The notes under the pieces: model-generated
Told to the model about the DNA's origin: nothing
What the model saw: only the letters and a program-made list of their open reading frames with translations
Databases searched by the model: none
In this document: positions 38,921 through 49,413 of the stretch, in pieces
How the letters are laid out: each line of letters opens with the position of its first letter
Position numbering within the stretch: the first letter of the stretch is position 1
Translations under genes and position numbers: made by a program
Origin: an uncultured delta proteobacterium
Lineage (GTDB): Bacteria > Desulfobacterota > RBG-13-43-22
Assembly: GCA_963743305.1 (NCBI GenBank)
Contig: CAVUPH010000015.1
Coordinates: 1 to 64,000, forward strand
Length of the DNA stretch: 64,000 bases
Direction of reading: 5' to 3'

Positions 38921-39862
38921 CTATTTTTTCTTACGAAAAACCAAAACGGAACTTTCTAGTTCGGGGGGAAGCACGAAGCCGCTCAGTCGCGGGTCCGCCT
39001 GCCACTCAAACCGCTGTTGGCTGGTGTAGACTTCCCAGTTGCCGCCGGCAAATCGGTAACGGCTACCGATGACCACATAGAGATCGACGCTGGGGGTTGA
39101 AAAAACCTCCTTTTCAAAGAGGTTCCCCGGAGGCGGCCAGGAGCAGAGAACAACTTGGGGCATATATTTCTCCAGGGCCTCCTTGGCGCCCAGTTTTTCC
39201 ACCCGGTCCGGGTATTGGATGGCGTGCGTCCAACTGAAGTCGTCGGTGGCCGTGACCGGGACACCGGCCTCGGTCAACAACGCAGCCAGCGTGCCGTCTC
39301 CGGCGGCGATCTCCAGGCAGGAACGACGGTCGATCAGGCCGGCCAAGGCCTCAATCAGAGCGGTTGAGTAGAAGCAGTAAATACCCCGGGACTGCACCAG
39401 CGGCATCAGGAAGCGCTTCTGAGAGATCAGCGGCCACCAGAACCTGAACCAGCCCAGGGAAACCGGTTTGCGTTCCAGTCCTTTCCGGAAAAGAAGGCGT
39501 TGAATGATCAATCCGTTGATCAGGTTGAAGCGAATCTTCCCCGCGGCCTTTCCGCTGGCGGCAGCCAGGTAGCACTTTTCCAGCCCCTGCAGGAGCATTC
39601 GGCTTTTAATCAGGTGCGGCAAAGCGCCGGCGATAACCTGGGGATTCTGACCACTCTTTTCGATGCGCCGGGACCAGAGATCCAGGTCCGACCGGGCTGT
39701 CGTGGCGGCCTCCTCCGTAGTCAGCGCCTTGGCGTTTTTTAACGCGGCCACTAGTCTTGCCCCCGCCTCTTCCCATTCGCCGGGATGGCGGTCCATGAGT
39801 TCCTGAAGGGGAGGATTGCTGTTCAACCACCTCAGAGTGGCCTTCGCCTCGGAGTGCTTCAT
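38921..39862 (-). CDS. Hypothetical protein with a C-terminal class I SAM-binding-like domain
   Basis: CLEIAAGDGTL, VTATDD, VVLCSWPPP. Confidence 0.7.
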   Translation of the reverse strand: MKHSEAKATLRWLNSNPPLQELMDRHPGEWEEAGARLVAALKNAKALTTEEAATTARSDLDLWSRRIEKSGQNPQVIAGALPHLIKSRMLLQGLEKCYLAAASGKAAGKIRFNLINGLIIQRLLFRKGLERKPVSLGWFRFWWPLISQKRFLMPLVQSRGIYCFYSTALIEALAGLIDRRSCLEIAAGDGTLAALLTEAGVPVTATDDFSWTHAIQYPDRVEKLGAKEALEKYMPQVVLCSWPPPGNLFEKEVFSTPSVDLYVVIGSRYRFAGGNWEVYTSQQRFEWQADPRLSGFVLPPELESSVLVFRKKK

Positions 39863-39995
39863 CGATTCCCTTTTTTCAAAAGCCGCCGGTCAAACTCAAG
39901 ATCTTTGACTTCTAAAGTTGATTTAAATTGACTCCGAGCGGTTGACAGCCCTACCATAGGTAATACGACATCAAGGTGACCAGGATAAGCGAGGA

Positions 39996-40334
39996 ATGAT
40001 GCAACTTTTAATCAAAGTTTCGCTCAGCGTGGCTATTATTCTCCTGGCCACCTTTACCGCCAAGCGATTCCCCTCCATTGCCGGTTTAATTGGTGTCATG
40101 CCTTTGACCGGTGCCTTGGTTTTGGGTTGGGTGTATTTGGAAAACCATGGCGACCCAAAGATCATGACGGCTTTTACCAAGGGGGCCGTCTGGGGCATGT
40201 TGCCCAGCATCTTGTTTTACCTCGTCGCCTTTTTTGGCCTTAAAAAGGAATTTTCTCTGACGACCATTCTCGTGTCGAGCTTCGCGGCCTGGTTCTTGGC
40301 CGCCTTGGTTCACCACTGGGCCTTGAAATATTAA
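39996..40334 (+). CDS. Small four-TM membrane protein (DUF3147-like)
   Basis: AKRFPSIAGLIGVMPLTG, WGMLPS.LF. Confidence 0.75.
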   Translation: MMQLLIKVSLSVAIILLATFTAKRFPSIAGLIGVMPLTGALVLGWVYLENHGDPKIMTAFTKGAVWGMLPSILFYLVAFFGLKKEFSLTTILVSSFAAWFLAALVHHWALKY

Positions 40335-40364
40335 GGATCTTATTTCAAAAATGACTTGCGAAGT

Positions 40365-40449
40365 CCAGATTCCGGCTTTCGCCGACATGACGACAAAAAC
40401 CCGCAGCCCAGGCCGCAAGTCGTCATCCCGGCAAAAGCCCGGGTTCAGG
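40365..40449. repeat. REP-like palindrome related to 9834-9918
   Basis: CCAGATTCCGGCTTTCGCCGACATGACGAC ... GTCGTCATCCCGGCAAAAGCCCGGGTTCAGG between convergent genes. Confidence 0.65.
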
Positions 40450-40585
40450 GTCAATCTGTGGACAGGCAGAAAAGTGTTTTACTATTAGACCGTTAATAAT
40501 CGACCTCGGAACCCTCCGAAAAGGATCGCGTAACCATTATAGAGAAATCGAGCCTGACTCCGTCTCCAATGGCCCATTCCAGCGG

Positions 40586-41506
40586 TTAATAGTTCACCAT
40601 TCCCAGACCTTTCAATCCCAGTATCCCCCTGGCTTCATCCGGAGTAGCCGGTTCGATCCCCAGTTCACGGGCGATGCGAATGATCTTGGCAACTTGTTCC
40701 GCGCTGCTTTTGGCCAGGACCCCCTTTTCAAGAAACAGACTGTCCTCAAGACCCACCCGGGCATGCCCTCCAAGGATTAGGGAACCCGTACACATCGGGA
40801 TCTGATATCGCCCCGCGGCGCAAACGGAGAATTCGAATTCCCCAAACTGTTTCCTGGCCGTATCAACCAGAAAAACGAGATTTTCCAAGGTGGCGGGAAT
40901 GCCGCCGAGTATCCCCATGACGAATTGAAGATATATGGGCCTTTGAGCGATTCCTTTCTGAATCAGGAAGGAAAGATTATTAATCATCCCGACATCGTAG
41001 ATTTCGAATTCCGGTTTGGCTCCGTGGTCATAAATGATTTCCAGAAACTGACGCATGGTCCTGAAGGTATTCGGGAAGATGAAATCCTCGGTGCTCTCCA
41101 AATAGGGCTCTTCCCAATTGAATTTCCATTCTTTTATATTGCTCCTAATATGAAAAAGGGCAAAATTCAATGACCCGGCATTTAGAGAAGTCAATTCAGG
41201 TCGAAGATTGGAAGCTACTCGAACCCTGTTCTCTACAGGTTCGCCGAGTTTCCCCCCGGTGGTAAAGCACAGAATGAGATTGCAGCGTTTCTTAACCTCT
41301 TGGGCTACCTGACGGTAAATATTTTGGTCGGCGTTCGGGACCCCGGTTAAGGGGTCACGGACATGGATGTGAACGACCGCCCCCCCCGCCTCGTAGACAC
41401 GAATGGCCTCCTCTATGAGCTGTTCAGGCGTTAAGGGGAGGAAAGGCGACATACTCGGTGTGTGGATGGCACCGGTTAAGGCGGCCGTGAAAATTCTTTT
41501 GTTCAT
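40586..41506 (-). CDS. Beta-keto acid cleavage enzyme (BKACE/DUF849, Kce family)
   Basis: TAALTGAIHTPSMSP.LP.TP, HIHVRDP (Zn ligands), SLNAGSLNF, PEFEIYD, RVGLED. Confidence 0.93.
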   Translation of the reverse strand: MNKRIFTAALTGAIHTPSMSPFLPLTPEQLIEEAIRVYEAGGAVVHIHVRDPLTGVPNADQNIYRQVAQEVKKRCNLILCFTTGGKLGEPVENRVRVASNLRPELTSLNAGSLNFALFHIRSNIKEWKFNWEEPYLESTEDFIFPNTFRTMRQFLEIIYDHGAKPEFEIYDVGMINNLSFLIQKGIAQRPIYLQFVMGILGGIPATLENLVFLVDTARKQFGEFEFSVCAAGRYQIPMCTGSLILGGHARVGLEDSLFLEKGVLAKSSAEQVAKIIRIARELGIEPATPDEARGILGLKGLGMVNY

Positions 41507-41562
41507 GTTGTATTTCCTTTTTCTTGAAGAATTTGGCGTAAAGGGCGTAATCCCAAGCCGGA

Positions 41563-42456
41563 TTACGGGCCTTCCGCTTTGCGAACATGGGCAACTACTG
41601 CCTCGACAATGAGGGGCCACGCGCTTCCATGGGGCAGGTCATGTCCCATACCCTCAATGATCATCAACTCGGCACCCGGTATCGCCTCCGCGCTATCCAC
41701 CCCTCCCGATACGGGTACCAGCGGATCATCCGCTCCGTGGATCACCAGTGTCGGTGCGGTTATGGAAGCGAGCCGGGGTTTCCGGTTTCCATGTGCCAGA
41801 ATCGCTACGAATTGACGCGCCTTGCCCGGACCATAAAATGCCCGAGCATAGCTGCGACCCGCCAACTTCCTGTGCCAAATCTCATCGAAGGGGAAGCCGG
41901 GGCCAGCAATCGTTCGATATAACTTCATCATATAATCGACGTAGGCCTCGCATTCTTCAGGCGGTGGGGTAAGCAGGAGTTCCATGATTTCGGGTTTTGG
42001 CATCGGGAGATGAGGATTCCCTGTGGTGGCATAAACCTGGGTCAGGCTCCGGACGCGGGAGGGATGTCTATAGGCTATCGTTTGCGCGATAGCGCCGCCC
42101 ATGGAAATACCACAAAGGTGGGCTCTATCTATTTGGATTGAGTCCAGAAGCCCGACAGCGTCGTCTGCCATGTCGTCGAGCGTGTATGGGGCGTCCACTT
42201 TTTCTCCCTTCATTCTGGCCGTCATGGCTGCCCTTAGGTCGGGAACGCCTGCCTCTTCCATTTTCGTAGATAGCCCCACATCACGGTTGTCAAAACGGAT
42301 TACATAAAGGGCTTTTCTCGCCCATTCACTACAGAGTTCCTCATCCCACCCTATCATTTGTCCCCCAATTCCGGCGATCAGCATTAGGGGCGGAGAGGAA
42401 GATTCCCCAAAGGTCTCATATTCGATCTGAATCCCGTTAGCCAATACCCGGGGCAT
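41563..42456 (-). CDS. Alpha/beta hydrolase (esterase)
   Basis: RFDNRDVGLS, GISMGG nucleophile motif, HGADDPLVP, GMGHDLP. Confidence 0.92.
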   Translation of the reverse strand: MPRVLANGIQIEYETFGESSSPPLMLIAGIGGQMIGWDEELCSEWARKALYVIRFDNRDVGLSTKMEEAGVPDLRAAMTARMKGEKVDAPYTLDDMADDAVGLLDSIQIDRAHLCGISMGGAIAQTIAYRHPSRVRSLTQVYATTGNPHLPMPKPEIMELLLTPPPEECEAYVDYMMKLYRTIAGPGFPFDEIWHRKLAGRSYARAFYGPGKARQFVAILAHGNRKPRLASITAPTLVIHGADDPLVPVSGGVDSAEAIPGAELMIIEGMGHDLPHGSAWPLIVEAVVAHVRKAEGP

Positions 42457-42603
42457 AATAATACCTTCTTTAATTATCTTGAATTTAGGGGCTATTCCCC
42501 GTGACACGGCTAACCACCGGGCAAGGCCTTATAATACCGGTAATGATCTCCTTGACCAGAAGGGCATCGAAAGATGGCGTGCCTATCGTCAGGAGAAGGT
42601 TCT

Positions 42604-43536
42604 TCAAGAAAGGGAGGAATCCTGGTTGTTTTTTTTCTGTGGATTCAGAAAGTCGGGTTGGAGAAATTCTGGATTAGGATAGGCGTAAAACCCCTTTCCG
42701 GCCTTGACACCCAACTCACCTCTTTTAATTTTTTCCAGCATGGCCCCCGGTGGTTCGTCTTTTGGATCCTTCGATTCGCTAAAATACACCATTTCGATGT
42801 GGTAGACGGTGTCCAAACCCACTGCATCCATAATTGCAAAAGGCCCCATCTTCATCCCAGTGAAGATTCTCCAGGCACGGTCTACATCGCGGAAATCGAC
42901 AAAACCATTGCCCCAGAGGTATAAGCTTTGCTTCTTGATCGCCCGCCAGACACTGTTAAAGCAGAAGCCCAAAATCTCCTTCTTCACCTGGAGCGGGATC
43001 AGGCCTAACGATCGGAGCCAGTCCGCACCCTTCTCGAGAATCTCCGGGAGGGTTTTTGTCCCACCCATGATGTCCGCCATGTTCATCCCTTGGAGCAATT
43101 GATAGAAATGGGTGTTTAGGCATCTTTCCGGCCTACCGCTACTCTCTTCTATCCTCGATATAGGCAAAGATGAACTGTTGGTGGCAAAAATGGCCTTGGG
43201 GGGGGCCACTTCGCCCATCTGTTTGAATATCTTACGCTTCAGCTCCACATCCTCGGTTACCGCCTCCACAACCAGATCGACATCTTTCAACGATTCTTTG
43301 AGGTCCGATGTAACGGAGACCGCTTGTCTGCATCTTTCCCAATTATCCCAAGGAATCAGGGGTGACACAGCTTTTTCCTTCAGGTCGGCGTGAAGTTTCT
43401 GGTAATTTTCATCTAATGCGTTCTGTCGGGTGTCATAGGCCGTTACCTTGTAGCCAGCATAGGCTGATAACATGGCAATCTGCGTTCCTAAGAAACCTAC
43501 GCCGACAACAGCAATGCGTTCAAAAGGTTTATCCAT
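42604..43536 (-). CDS. 3-hydroxyacyl-CoA dehydrogenase-family protein (divergent)
   Basis: GVGFLG, EAVTED..LK, ATNSSS, GPFAIMDAVGLD, LGVKAGKGFY; THFY in place of the usual HFFNP. Confidence 0.88.
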   Translation of the reverse strand: MDKPFERIAVVGVGFLGTQIAMLSAYAGYKVTAYDTRQNALDENYQKLHADLKEKAVSPLIPWDNWERCRQAVSVTSDLKESLKDVDLVVEAVTEDVELKRKIFKQMGEVAPPKAIFATNSSSLPISRIEESSGRPERCLNTHFYQLLQGMNMADIMGGTKTLPEILEKGADWLRSLGLIPLQVKKEILGFCFNSVWRAIKKQSLYLWGNGFVDFRDVDRAWRIFTGMKMGPFAIMDAVGLDTVYHIEMVYFSESKDPKDEPPGAMLEKIKRGELGVKAGKGFYAYPNPEFLQPDFLNPQKKNNQDSSLS

Positions 43537-43622
43537 AATTCCTCTTATCCCCTTTCTTCATGCTGGCTGAATTATTGCAAAAATCCCCGGCAGGCGAGCA
43601 GGACTATCGATCACCTCTGCAC

Positions 43623-44336
43623 TTAAACCTCAAGATATTTTTCCCGAATATCCTCTCGGGACGCCAGCTCTTCAGCCGTCCCGGAAAACGCACAGCAGGC
43701 CTTTTTCATTACATAGACCCGCTTGGCCAGGGACAAGGCGATTTTAAAGTTGTGCTCGACCAGGAGGATAGAAACCCCGGTCTTGCTAATACTCTCCAGC
43801 ATGTCCCGAACCTCTTTTTTCAGTAAAGGGGCTAAGCCTTCCGTCGGTTCATCGACAAGGATGAGATCAGGATTGGCCATCAGGGACCGGCCTACGGCCA
43901 ACATCTGTTGTTCACCACCGGAGAGATTGGCGCCTTTGCTCTTTTGGCGCTTCTCTAAAGAAGGAAAGTGTTCGAAGATCTTCTCCACCGTCCAGACGTT
44001 CGGATTCTTCTGGTCTATTTTTCCTCCTTTGATTCCCATAGCCAGGTTTTCCATTACCGTCAGGGTAGGGAAAATCCACCTCTCCTCCGGCACATAACCG
44101 ATACCAGCTTTGGCTACCTTGTATGGTGGATAGCCAGTGATCTTCTCCCCTTTGTAAATCACACTTCCCGATCTTGGTGTGACCAGACCCATAATGCTTT
44201 TCAGGGTGGTGCTCTTGCCCATGCCGTTTCGACCCAGGAGCGCCACAATTTCCCCCTGAGCCACTTTCAATGACATGTCTTGCAACACACGGCTTTCACC
44301 GTAATAGGTATTTAGGCTCTCAACTTCAAGAAGCAT
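43623..44336 (-). CDS. livF: ABC ATP-binding protein (LivF-like)
   Basis: GRNGMGKS, LSGGEQQML, DEPTEGLAP. Confidence 0.92.
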   Translation of the reverse strand: MLLEVESLNTYYGESRVLQDMSLKVAQGEIVALLGRNGMGKSTTLKSIMGLVTPRSGSVIYKGEKITGYPPYKVAKAGIGYVPEERWIFPTLTVMENLAMGIKGGKIDQKNPNVWTVEKIFEHFPSLEKRQKSKGANLSGGEQQMLAVGRSLMANPDLILVDEPTEGLAPLLKKEVRDMLESISKTGVSILLVEHNFKIALSLAKRVYVMKKACCAFSGTAEELASREDIREKYLEV

Positions 44337-44338
44337 CC

Positions 44339-45085
44339 TTATTCCTCTGTCTCTCCCAGATAAGCATCTTTTACCGCCTGATTTTCCCTTATTTCGTTGG
44401 GGGGACCAGAAGCCAGAATAGTTCCCTGGTGGAGAACAGTAATTCGGTCCGCCAAGGAAAAAACCACATCCATATCATGCTCTATGATCACGACGGTTTT
44501 ACCCTCGGTAAGCTTCTTAATCAGCTCAACCGCATAGTGAGTTTCCTCTTTAGACATACCAGCGGAAGGCTCGTCCAGCATCACCAAGTCCGGATCCGTG
44601 GCCAGGGCCAGGCTGATCTCCAGGGAACGTTGTTGGCCGTAAGATAAAATCCCTGCAAGCACGTCCCGTACCTCATACAGGTTGATCCGTCTGAGGAGCT
44701 CGTCCGTTTCCCGGGTAATATCTTTCATAGCATCCACATACCGGAACATATTGAAACGAACACCACGCTTGGACAAAATACCCATACGGATATTCTGAAA
44801 GGCAGTAAGTCGACTAAAAGTGCTGGTAATCTGAAAAGAACGCCCCATACCCTGTCGTACCAATTGCTCTGGTTGACTTCCGGTGACATCCCTCCCCTTA
44901 AAGAAGACCCTCCCCTTACTCGGCACATAGGTACCGGTGATGGCGTTAAACAGGGTCGTCTTACCGGCACCATTGGGTCCGATGATGGCGTGACGCTCCC
45001 CTTCCTTGACTTCCAGATTGACATCGAAAAGAACCTTCAATCCTTTGAAGTCGTGATATAACCCCTGGGTCTCCAAGATATTCAT
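44339..45085 (-). CDS. livG: ABC ATP-binding protein (LivG-like)
   Basis: GPNGAGKT, LSYGQQR, LDEPSAGM, EHDMD. Confidence 0.92.
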   Translation of the reverse strand: MNILETQGLYHDFKGLKVLFDVNLEVKEGERHAIIGPNGAGKTTLFNAITGTYVPSKGRVFFKGRDVTGSQPEQLVRQGMGRSFQITSTFSRLTAFQNIRMGILSKRGVRFNMFRYVDAMKDITRETDELLRRINLYEVRDVLAGILSYGQQRSLEISLALATDPDLVMLDEPSAGMSKEETHYAVELIKKLTEGKTVVIIEHDMDVVFSLADRITVLHQGTILASGPPNEIRENQAVKDAYLGETEE

Positions 45086-46092
45086 GGTTGGCAGCGATCA
45101 TCCTCCCTGGTTGTTTTTTCTGGCGACTGGGCGAACACTTTGCTCCCGATCAGTGCCAATACCCCGGCAAACCCTTTGGGGAAATACAACATGACCACAA
45201 TGAGGATTAGGCCCATCAACAGTTCGACCTCTTTAATATATCGGCTGGTAAATTCTTGGAGAAGAGTGAAAATAGCAGAACCCCAGATGGGTCCGAAAAA
45301 GCTCCCCGCCCCCCCCACCATAGTGATCAGTATAACTTGAAACGAAGTCCCGGGGCCCAGCGCCAGATCGGGCGCGATCACATCCTGAAAGAGGGCTAAA
45401 ACAGCACCGGCAATCCCGGCAAAACCTGCGGAAATGGCATAGATTACCGCCTTAGTCTGCGGCACCTTGAACCCCAGGTAAGCGACTCGCTTGGCATTGT
45501 CACGAACACTGACCATGAGTTGCCCAAAGGGTGTTTTGGTAAAAAACCACAAAAGCCAAAGGCTGATCCCAATGACCACGACGGCAAAGTAATAGAAGTT
45601 CGTGGTATCTTTCATATCAAAGGAAATGACTCCCGGAATGTTGAGCGCCGGCAGGGGAAACCCACTGACCCCGTCTTCGCCATTGGTTATTGTTCTCAGT
45701 TTCAGAGCCAAGGTATAAATGAGCATGCTAAAGGCGAGGTGCAACATAGCGAAGGCTGTGCCGCTGACTCTGGTAACAATGGGGCCTAGGACTACAGCCA
45801 GGATGACAGAGGCAAAAAAGCCCATAAACAGGGCTGCAAGAAGGGCACAGCCTTTAATATGGACCAAGGCCAGGGCCGTGGCAAAACCTCCGGTCCCGAA
45901 GTACATGGCGTGACCGAAACTGAAAAGGCCCGTATAGCCAAGCAGCAGGTTGAAAGAGACCGCATAGAGGGCAAAGAGAGCGAAGTGAATAAAAACATTG
46001 GTAAAGTAGGGCCCAACGAGCTTCGGGTAGAAAGTCAGCAAGATCAGCATCACTCCCCATAAAACCCATTTGACTTTTCTGTTAATCGTCAC
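45082..46092 (-). CDS. livM: Liv-type ABC permease (LivM-like)
   Basis: NLLLGYTGLFSFGHA, TNGEDG, TPFG...VRDN. Confidence 0.9.
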   Translation of the reverse strand: MTINRKVKWVLWGVMLILLTFYPKLVGPYFTNVFIHFALFALYAVSFNLLLGYTGLFSFGHAMYFGTGGFATALALVHIKGCALLAALFMGFFASVILAVVLGPIVTRVSGTAFAMLHLAFSMLIYTLALKLRTITNGEDGVSGFPLPALNIPGVISFDMKDTTNFYYFAVVVIGISLWLLWFFTKTPFGQLMVSVRDNAKRVAYLGFKVPQTKAVIYAISAGFAGIAGAVLALFQDVIAPDLALGPGTSFQVILITMVGGAGSFFGPIWGSAIFTLLQEFTSRYIKEVELLMGLILIVVMLYFPKGFAGVLALIGSKVFAQSPEKTTREDDRCQP

Positions 46093-46965
46093 TCATTCCC
46101 TTTCTCCAAAAAAGCCCATGGGTTTTATAGCCAGAACAATGGCCATAAAAGCAAAGGTGAGGACCGGTGCCAGTTGAGATAAAAACTGGACACCGAAAGA
46201 AGAGAGTAGTCCGATGGTCATAGCCACCAGAAAGGCTCCCCCCAGGCTGCCGAATCCTCCCACAGCCACCACGATGAACGCGTCCATTCCCATCTGGTCT
46301 GCCAGTCCGGGGAAGACACTCAAAACCGGAGCGATGGTTACCCCGGCCACCCCGGCCAGAAAGGAGCCCGCACCGAAAACAAACATGAAGAGGAGGGGCA
46401 CATTGATCCCCAGGGCATTGACCATAGTGGCATTGGACACGGCAGCCCGCACCACCATGCCTAATCGCGTTTTAAAGAGAATGAGCGCCATAAGACCCAA
46501 GACCATGGTGGTCAGAACCATAACGAAGAGCCGGTAGACGGGGTAGACCAGGCCTCCGATGGTTGCGGACCAGTTTAGTATTGGGGGCGGAGACACGTAG
46601 AGAAACTCGGTTCCCCAAATGATCTTGACGGCTCCCAGAATTACGAACATGACACCCGTCGTCACGATCAATTCAGCCACATGTCCCAGGGAGTGAATCT
46701 TTCTGAGGAGAAACCTCTCCACCAGCGCTCCCAAGATCCCCGTAGCGATGGGCCCCAGAAGCAGGGCCAGCCAGAAACTTCCGGTCGAGACCGTTATTTG
46801 ATAAGCAAAATAGGCAGAAAGCATGAAGAAGGCGGCATGGGCCATGTTGAGAACACCCATCATGCCGAAGATCAGGGTCAGGCCTGAGGCCACCAGGAAA
46901 AGCACCATCCCGTAGGCCAGCCCATGCACCCCCTGCGTAACATACATTGCGGTTATGGGGTCCAT
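46093..46965 (-). CDS. livH: Liv-type ABC permease (LivH-like)
   Basis: GLTLIFGMMGVLNMAHA, VGGFGSLGGA. Confidence 0.9.
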   Translation of the reverse strand: MDPITAMYVTQGVHGLAYGMVLFLVASGLTLIFGMMGVLNMAHAAFFMLSAYFAYQITVSTGSFWLALLLGPIATGILGALVERFLLRKIHSLGHVAELIVTTGVMFVILGAVKIIWGTEFLYVSPPPILNWSATIGGLVYPVYRLFVMVLTTMVLGLMALILFKTRLGMVVRAAVSNATMVNALGINVPLLFMFVFGAGSFLAGVAGVTIAPVLSVFPGLADQMGMDAFIVVAVGGFGSLGGAFLVAMTIGLLSSFGVQFLSQLAPVLTFAFMAIVLAIKPMGFFGERE

Positions 46966-47070
46966 CCATTCAACCTTTACGAATTGATTAAAGCGCTTCC
47001 CCAACCCCTCCTCCTAAGGCGGGGTCTGAGAAGCGCATTTTCTGAATCCATTTATTCATTCCGGATGATC

Positions 47071-48486
47071 TTATTTCGCACCCTTGCATCTATCCATCGT
47101 TGGATCTATCCTCGGCATAATCTTAGCCGCCGGAATAGTAAATCCGTGACCGGCGGAGCTATAGTTTTTGTCAAAATAATAGGGCGGGATGTTGAAAAAA
47201 GCCTTTTGCTGCTCAGGGGGAACAGCTTCGAAGACATGCAGATCCTGAACAGTTTTATGGTCGCAGGCCCTCATATGCTGGATCTTCCCGTTGGCATATT
47301 GATAAGTGTCACCTTCCCAGACTTTGATGATCTTTTCCGGGTCCGCGCTGGCCGCCCGTTCAACTACGCTCAGGAGCCAATAGGTCTGCTCGATGTAAGA
47401 GCCCAGGCTTCCCAAGGGGTGCTCGTAATTCGCGGTGTTATAGGGGGCCTTCCACTTCTTCCAGGCATTGTTCCAGTTTTTATAGTATTTGATAAATGCC
47501 GGATTCTTAAAAACAGAGTCTTCAAACCCGTACCAGCTGAGTTGAACCAGGCCCTTTGACCCCTCTACCCCGATTTCAGTGAGGGAAGGAGGATCCTCCA
47601 CATAGATATGCGCTATGGGAATATTTACGCCCAGTTGTCGAGCTTGTTTGACCAGATTGGCGGCGTCCGGGATAAAGTCCCCGGTATAAATCACCTCTGC
47701 TCCGGAGGCCTTGATCTTGGTCATATAAGGGGCAAAGTCGGCCAGAAACATCTTGTGGTAATCTTCGCCGACGATCTGAGCCTCGGGATAATATTCTTTT
47801 AAACCTGCCTTGAAACCATCAGCGAAAATATGCCCGAAAGTGGAGTCCTGACAGAGAATGTAAAACTTCTTTTCCTTCTTCCGGATCTGTCCATAGTAAT
47901 AGGCCATCGCCCGTCCTATCTGCCCGGAGGACCAGCAGGTCATGAAGGAATAACGGGTGAAGTTGGCACCCTCATAGAGGTCATCCGTTAAGGCCGCCGT
48001 ATCCATGGCAATGACTTTATACTTATTGGCCACTTCATTCATTACTTTCGCATTGGGAGTGCCGGCGGTACCCCATAAGACATTAACCTTTTCCTCGAGA
48101 ATCATTCTTTCGGCGACCTTTTTAGTCACATCCGGCTTGAATTCCATGTCGCCTTTGATAACCTGGATGAGCTTCTTTTTTCCATCAATCATTATGCCGC
48201 CTCTTTTATTGTAATCGGAGGCGGCCCAAAGAGCGGCGATCCAATAGACTTGTCCTATCACAGTCGCCGGGCCGGAAAACGGGGCCAACACGGCTATTTT
48301 AAAAGTATCCCCCGTGGGAATTACCGGGTGGTTCGGATCAAAGCCGGACATGTCTGACATTTTGTTGAAATCAAACTTGGCATTGACTTTGGCTGCGGCC
48401 AGACTTCGGACTGGGTTTGATACCATCACCGCGAAAAAGAAAACAACGGATACCAGAATTATAATCCCTTTGCGTAAACGGTTCAT
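47071..48486 (-). CDS. Liv-type ABC substrate-binding protein with an N-terminal extension
   Basis: Signal peptide, KIAVLAPFSGP, DFAPYMTKIKASGA, MRACDH. Confidence 0.9.
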   Translation of the reverse strand: MNRLRKGIIILVSVVFFFAVMVSNPVRSLAAAKVNAKFDFNKMSDMSGFDPNHPVIPTGDTFKIAVLAPFSGPATVIGQVYWIAALWAASDYNKRGGIMIDGKKKLIQVIKGDMEFKPDVTKKVAERMILEEKVNVLWGTAGTPNAKVMNEVANKYKVIAMDTAALTDDLYEGANFTRYSFMTCWSSGQIGRAMAYYYGQIRKKEKKFYILCQDSTFGHIFADGFKAGLKEYYPEAQIVGEDYHKMFLADFAPYMTKIKASGAEVIYTGDFIPDAANLVKQARQLGVNIPIAHIYVEDPPSLTEIGVEGSKGLVQLSWYGFEDSVFKNPAFIKYYKNWNNAWKKWKAPYNTANYEHPLGSLGSYIEQTYWLLSVVERAASADPEKIIKVWEGDTYQYANGKIQHMRACDHKTVQDLHVFEAVPPEQQKAFFNIPPYYFDKNYSSAGHGFTIPAAKIMPRIDPTMDRCKGAK

Positions 48487-48666
48487 TTTAGTCCTCCTTT
48501 TATTATTTGGTGTAATTTTCGATTAGATCCTTGAGGAGAAGAAACTTCGTGCATAAAATAGTCCGCTTTGTCATTTGGATCTGTTCTGAATTCAATAAAG
48601 CTTGGGCAATGCCGGGTCCCCTGAGACCGGCTCCGAGGATGCCCATAGGGTCGCTGTTCTGAAGCT

Positions 48667-49267
48667 TCATGAATTAAGGCGTCCTCCCTCCCCCGTCGGG
48701 GTGTAAATAACCAAGAAACATTTAGCTTCCTTGCGTCCTACGGATTCACCGAAATGGGGGAATCCGGAATCAAAATAGATACAATCACCCTCTTCGATGA
48801 TGTATTCCCGGTTTCCGTGAAGAAACTTCATCGTTCCCTCAAGAACAAAGAGGATCTCTTCGCCTTCGTGTTGATGGATCGTTTTCTTCTTGGGCTTGAG
48901 CGGAAGGGTCAGGATGAAGGGTTCCATCCTCTTATTTGGGAAGGTATGGGCAACGGCCTCGTAAGTATAATCTAAGACGGCGCCTTTCCTGGCGATTAAA
49001 GGCCTTTCCCCTTTTTTTACAATGCCGATGGAGGTTTGCTGTTCCTCTTCCCCCACGAGGAATGAGATGGTAATCCCCAAGGACACGGGCGATAATCCCC
49101 AATGTGGAAAGAGGAGGGGATTTTTCGGATTTCTCTATTCTTGAAAGATAACCTCTGGTAAAGCCGGTTTGGTTGGCCAATCTTTCGAGAGTAAATTTCT
49201 TGGTAATTCGAGAAGCCTTAATTCTTCTGCCGATTTCTGACTCAATGAATAGCGATGTTGGTTTCAT
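48667..49267 (-). CDS. XRE HTH-cupin transcriptional regulator, frameshifted near 49080
   Basis: HTH (TLERLA..TG...GYLSRIE) in ORF 48932..49279 and cupin (HQHEGEE..FVLEG, GDCIYFDS..PH) in ORF 48667..49086. Confidence 0.88.
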
Positions 49268-49413
49268 CTTTGTATACACGTTCAGGGGAAAGATTTGAAA
49301 AACAAATACAAATAGGAAACTTTTAGAACACTAAATGATCACATTTGTAAACTTTTGTCAATGATTTTTAATAAAATTGAAGGTCTTCCTACATGCTCCC
49401 CTAGTTTATTAAG

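Noticed and set aside
38311-40449. Possible integron cassette array (higA, hypothetical proteins, palindromes)
   Set aside because: No RYYYAAC...GTTRRRY attC boundaries, mixed gene orientation and no integrase.
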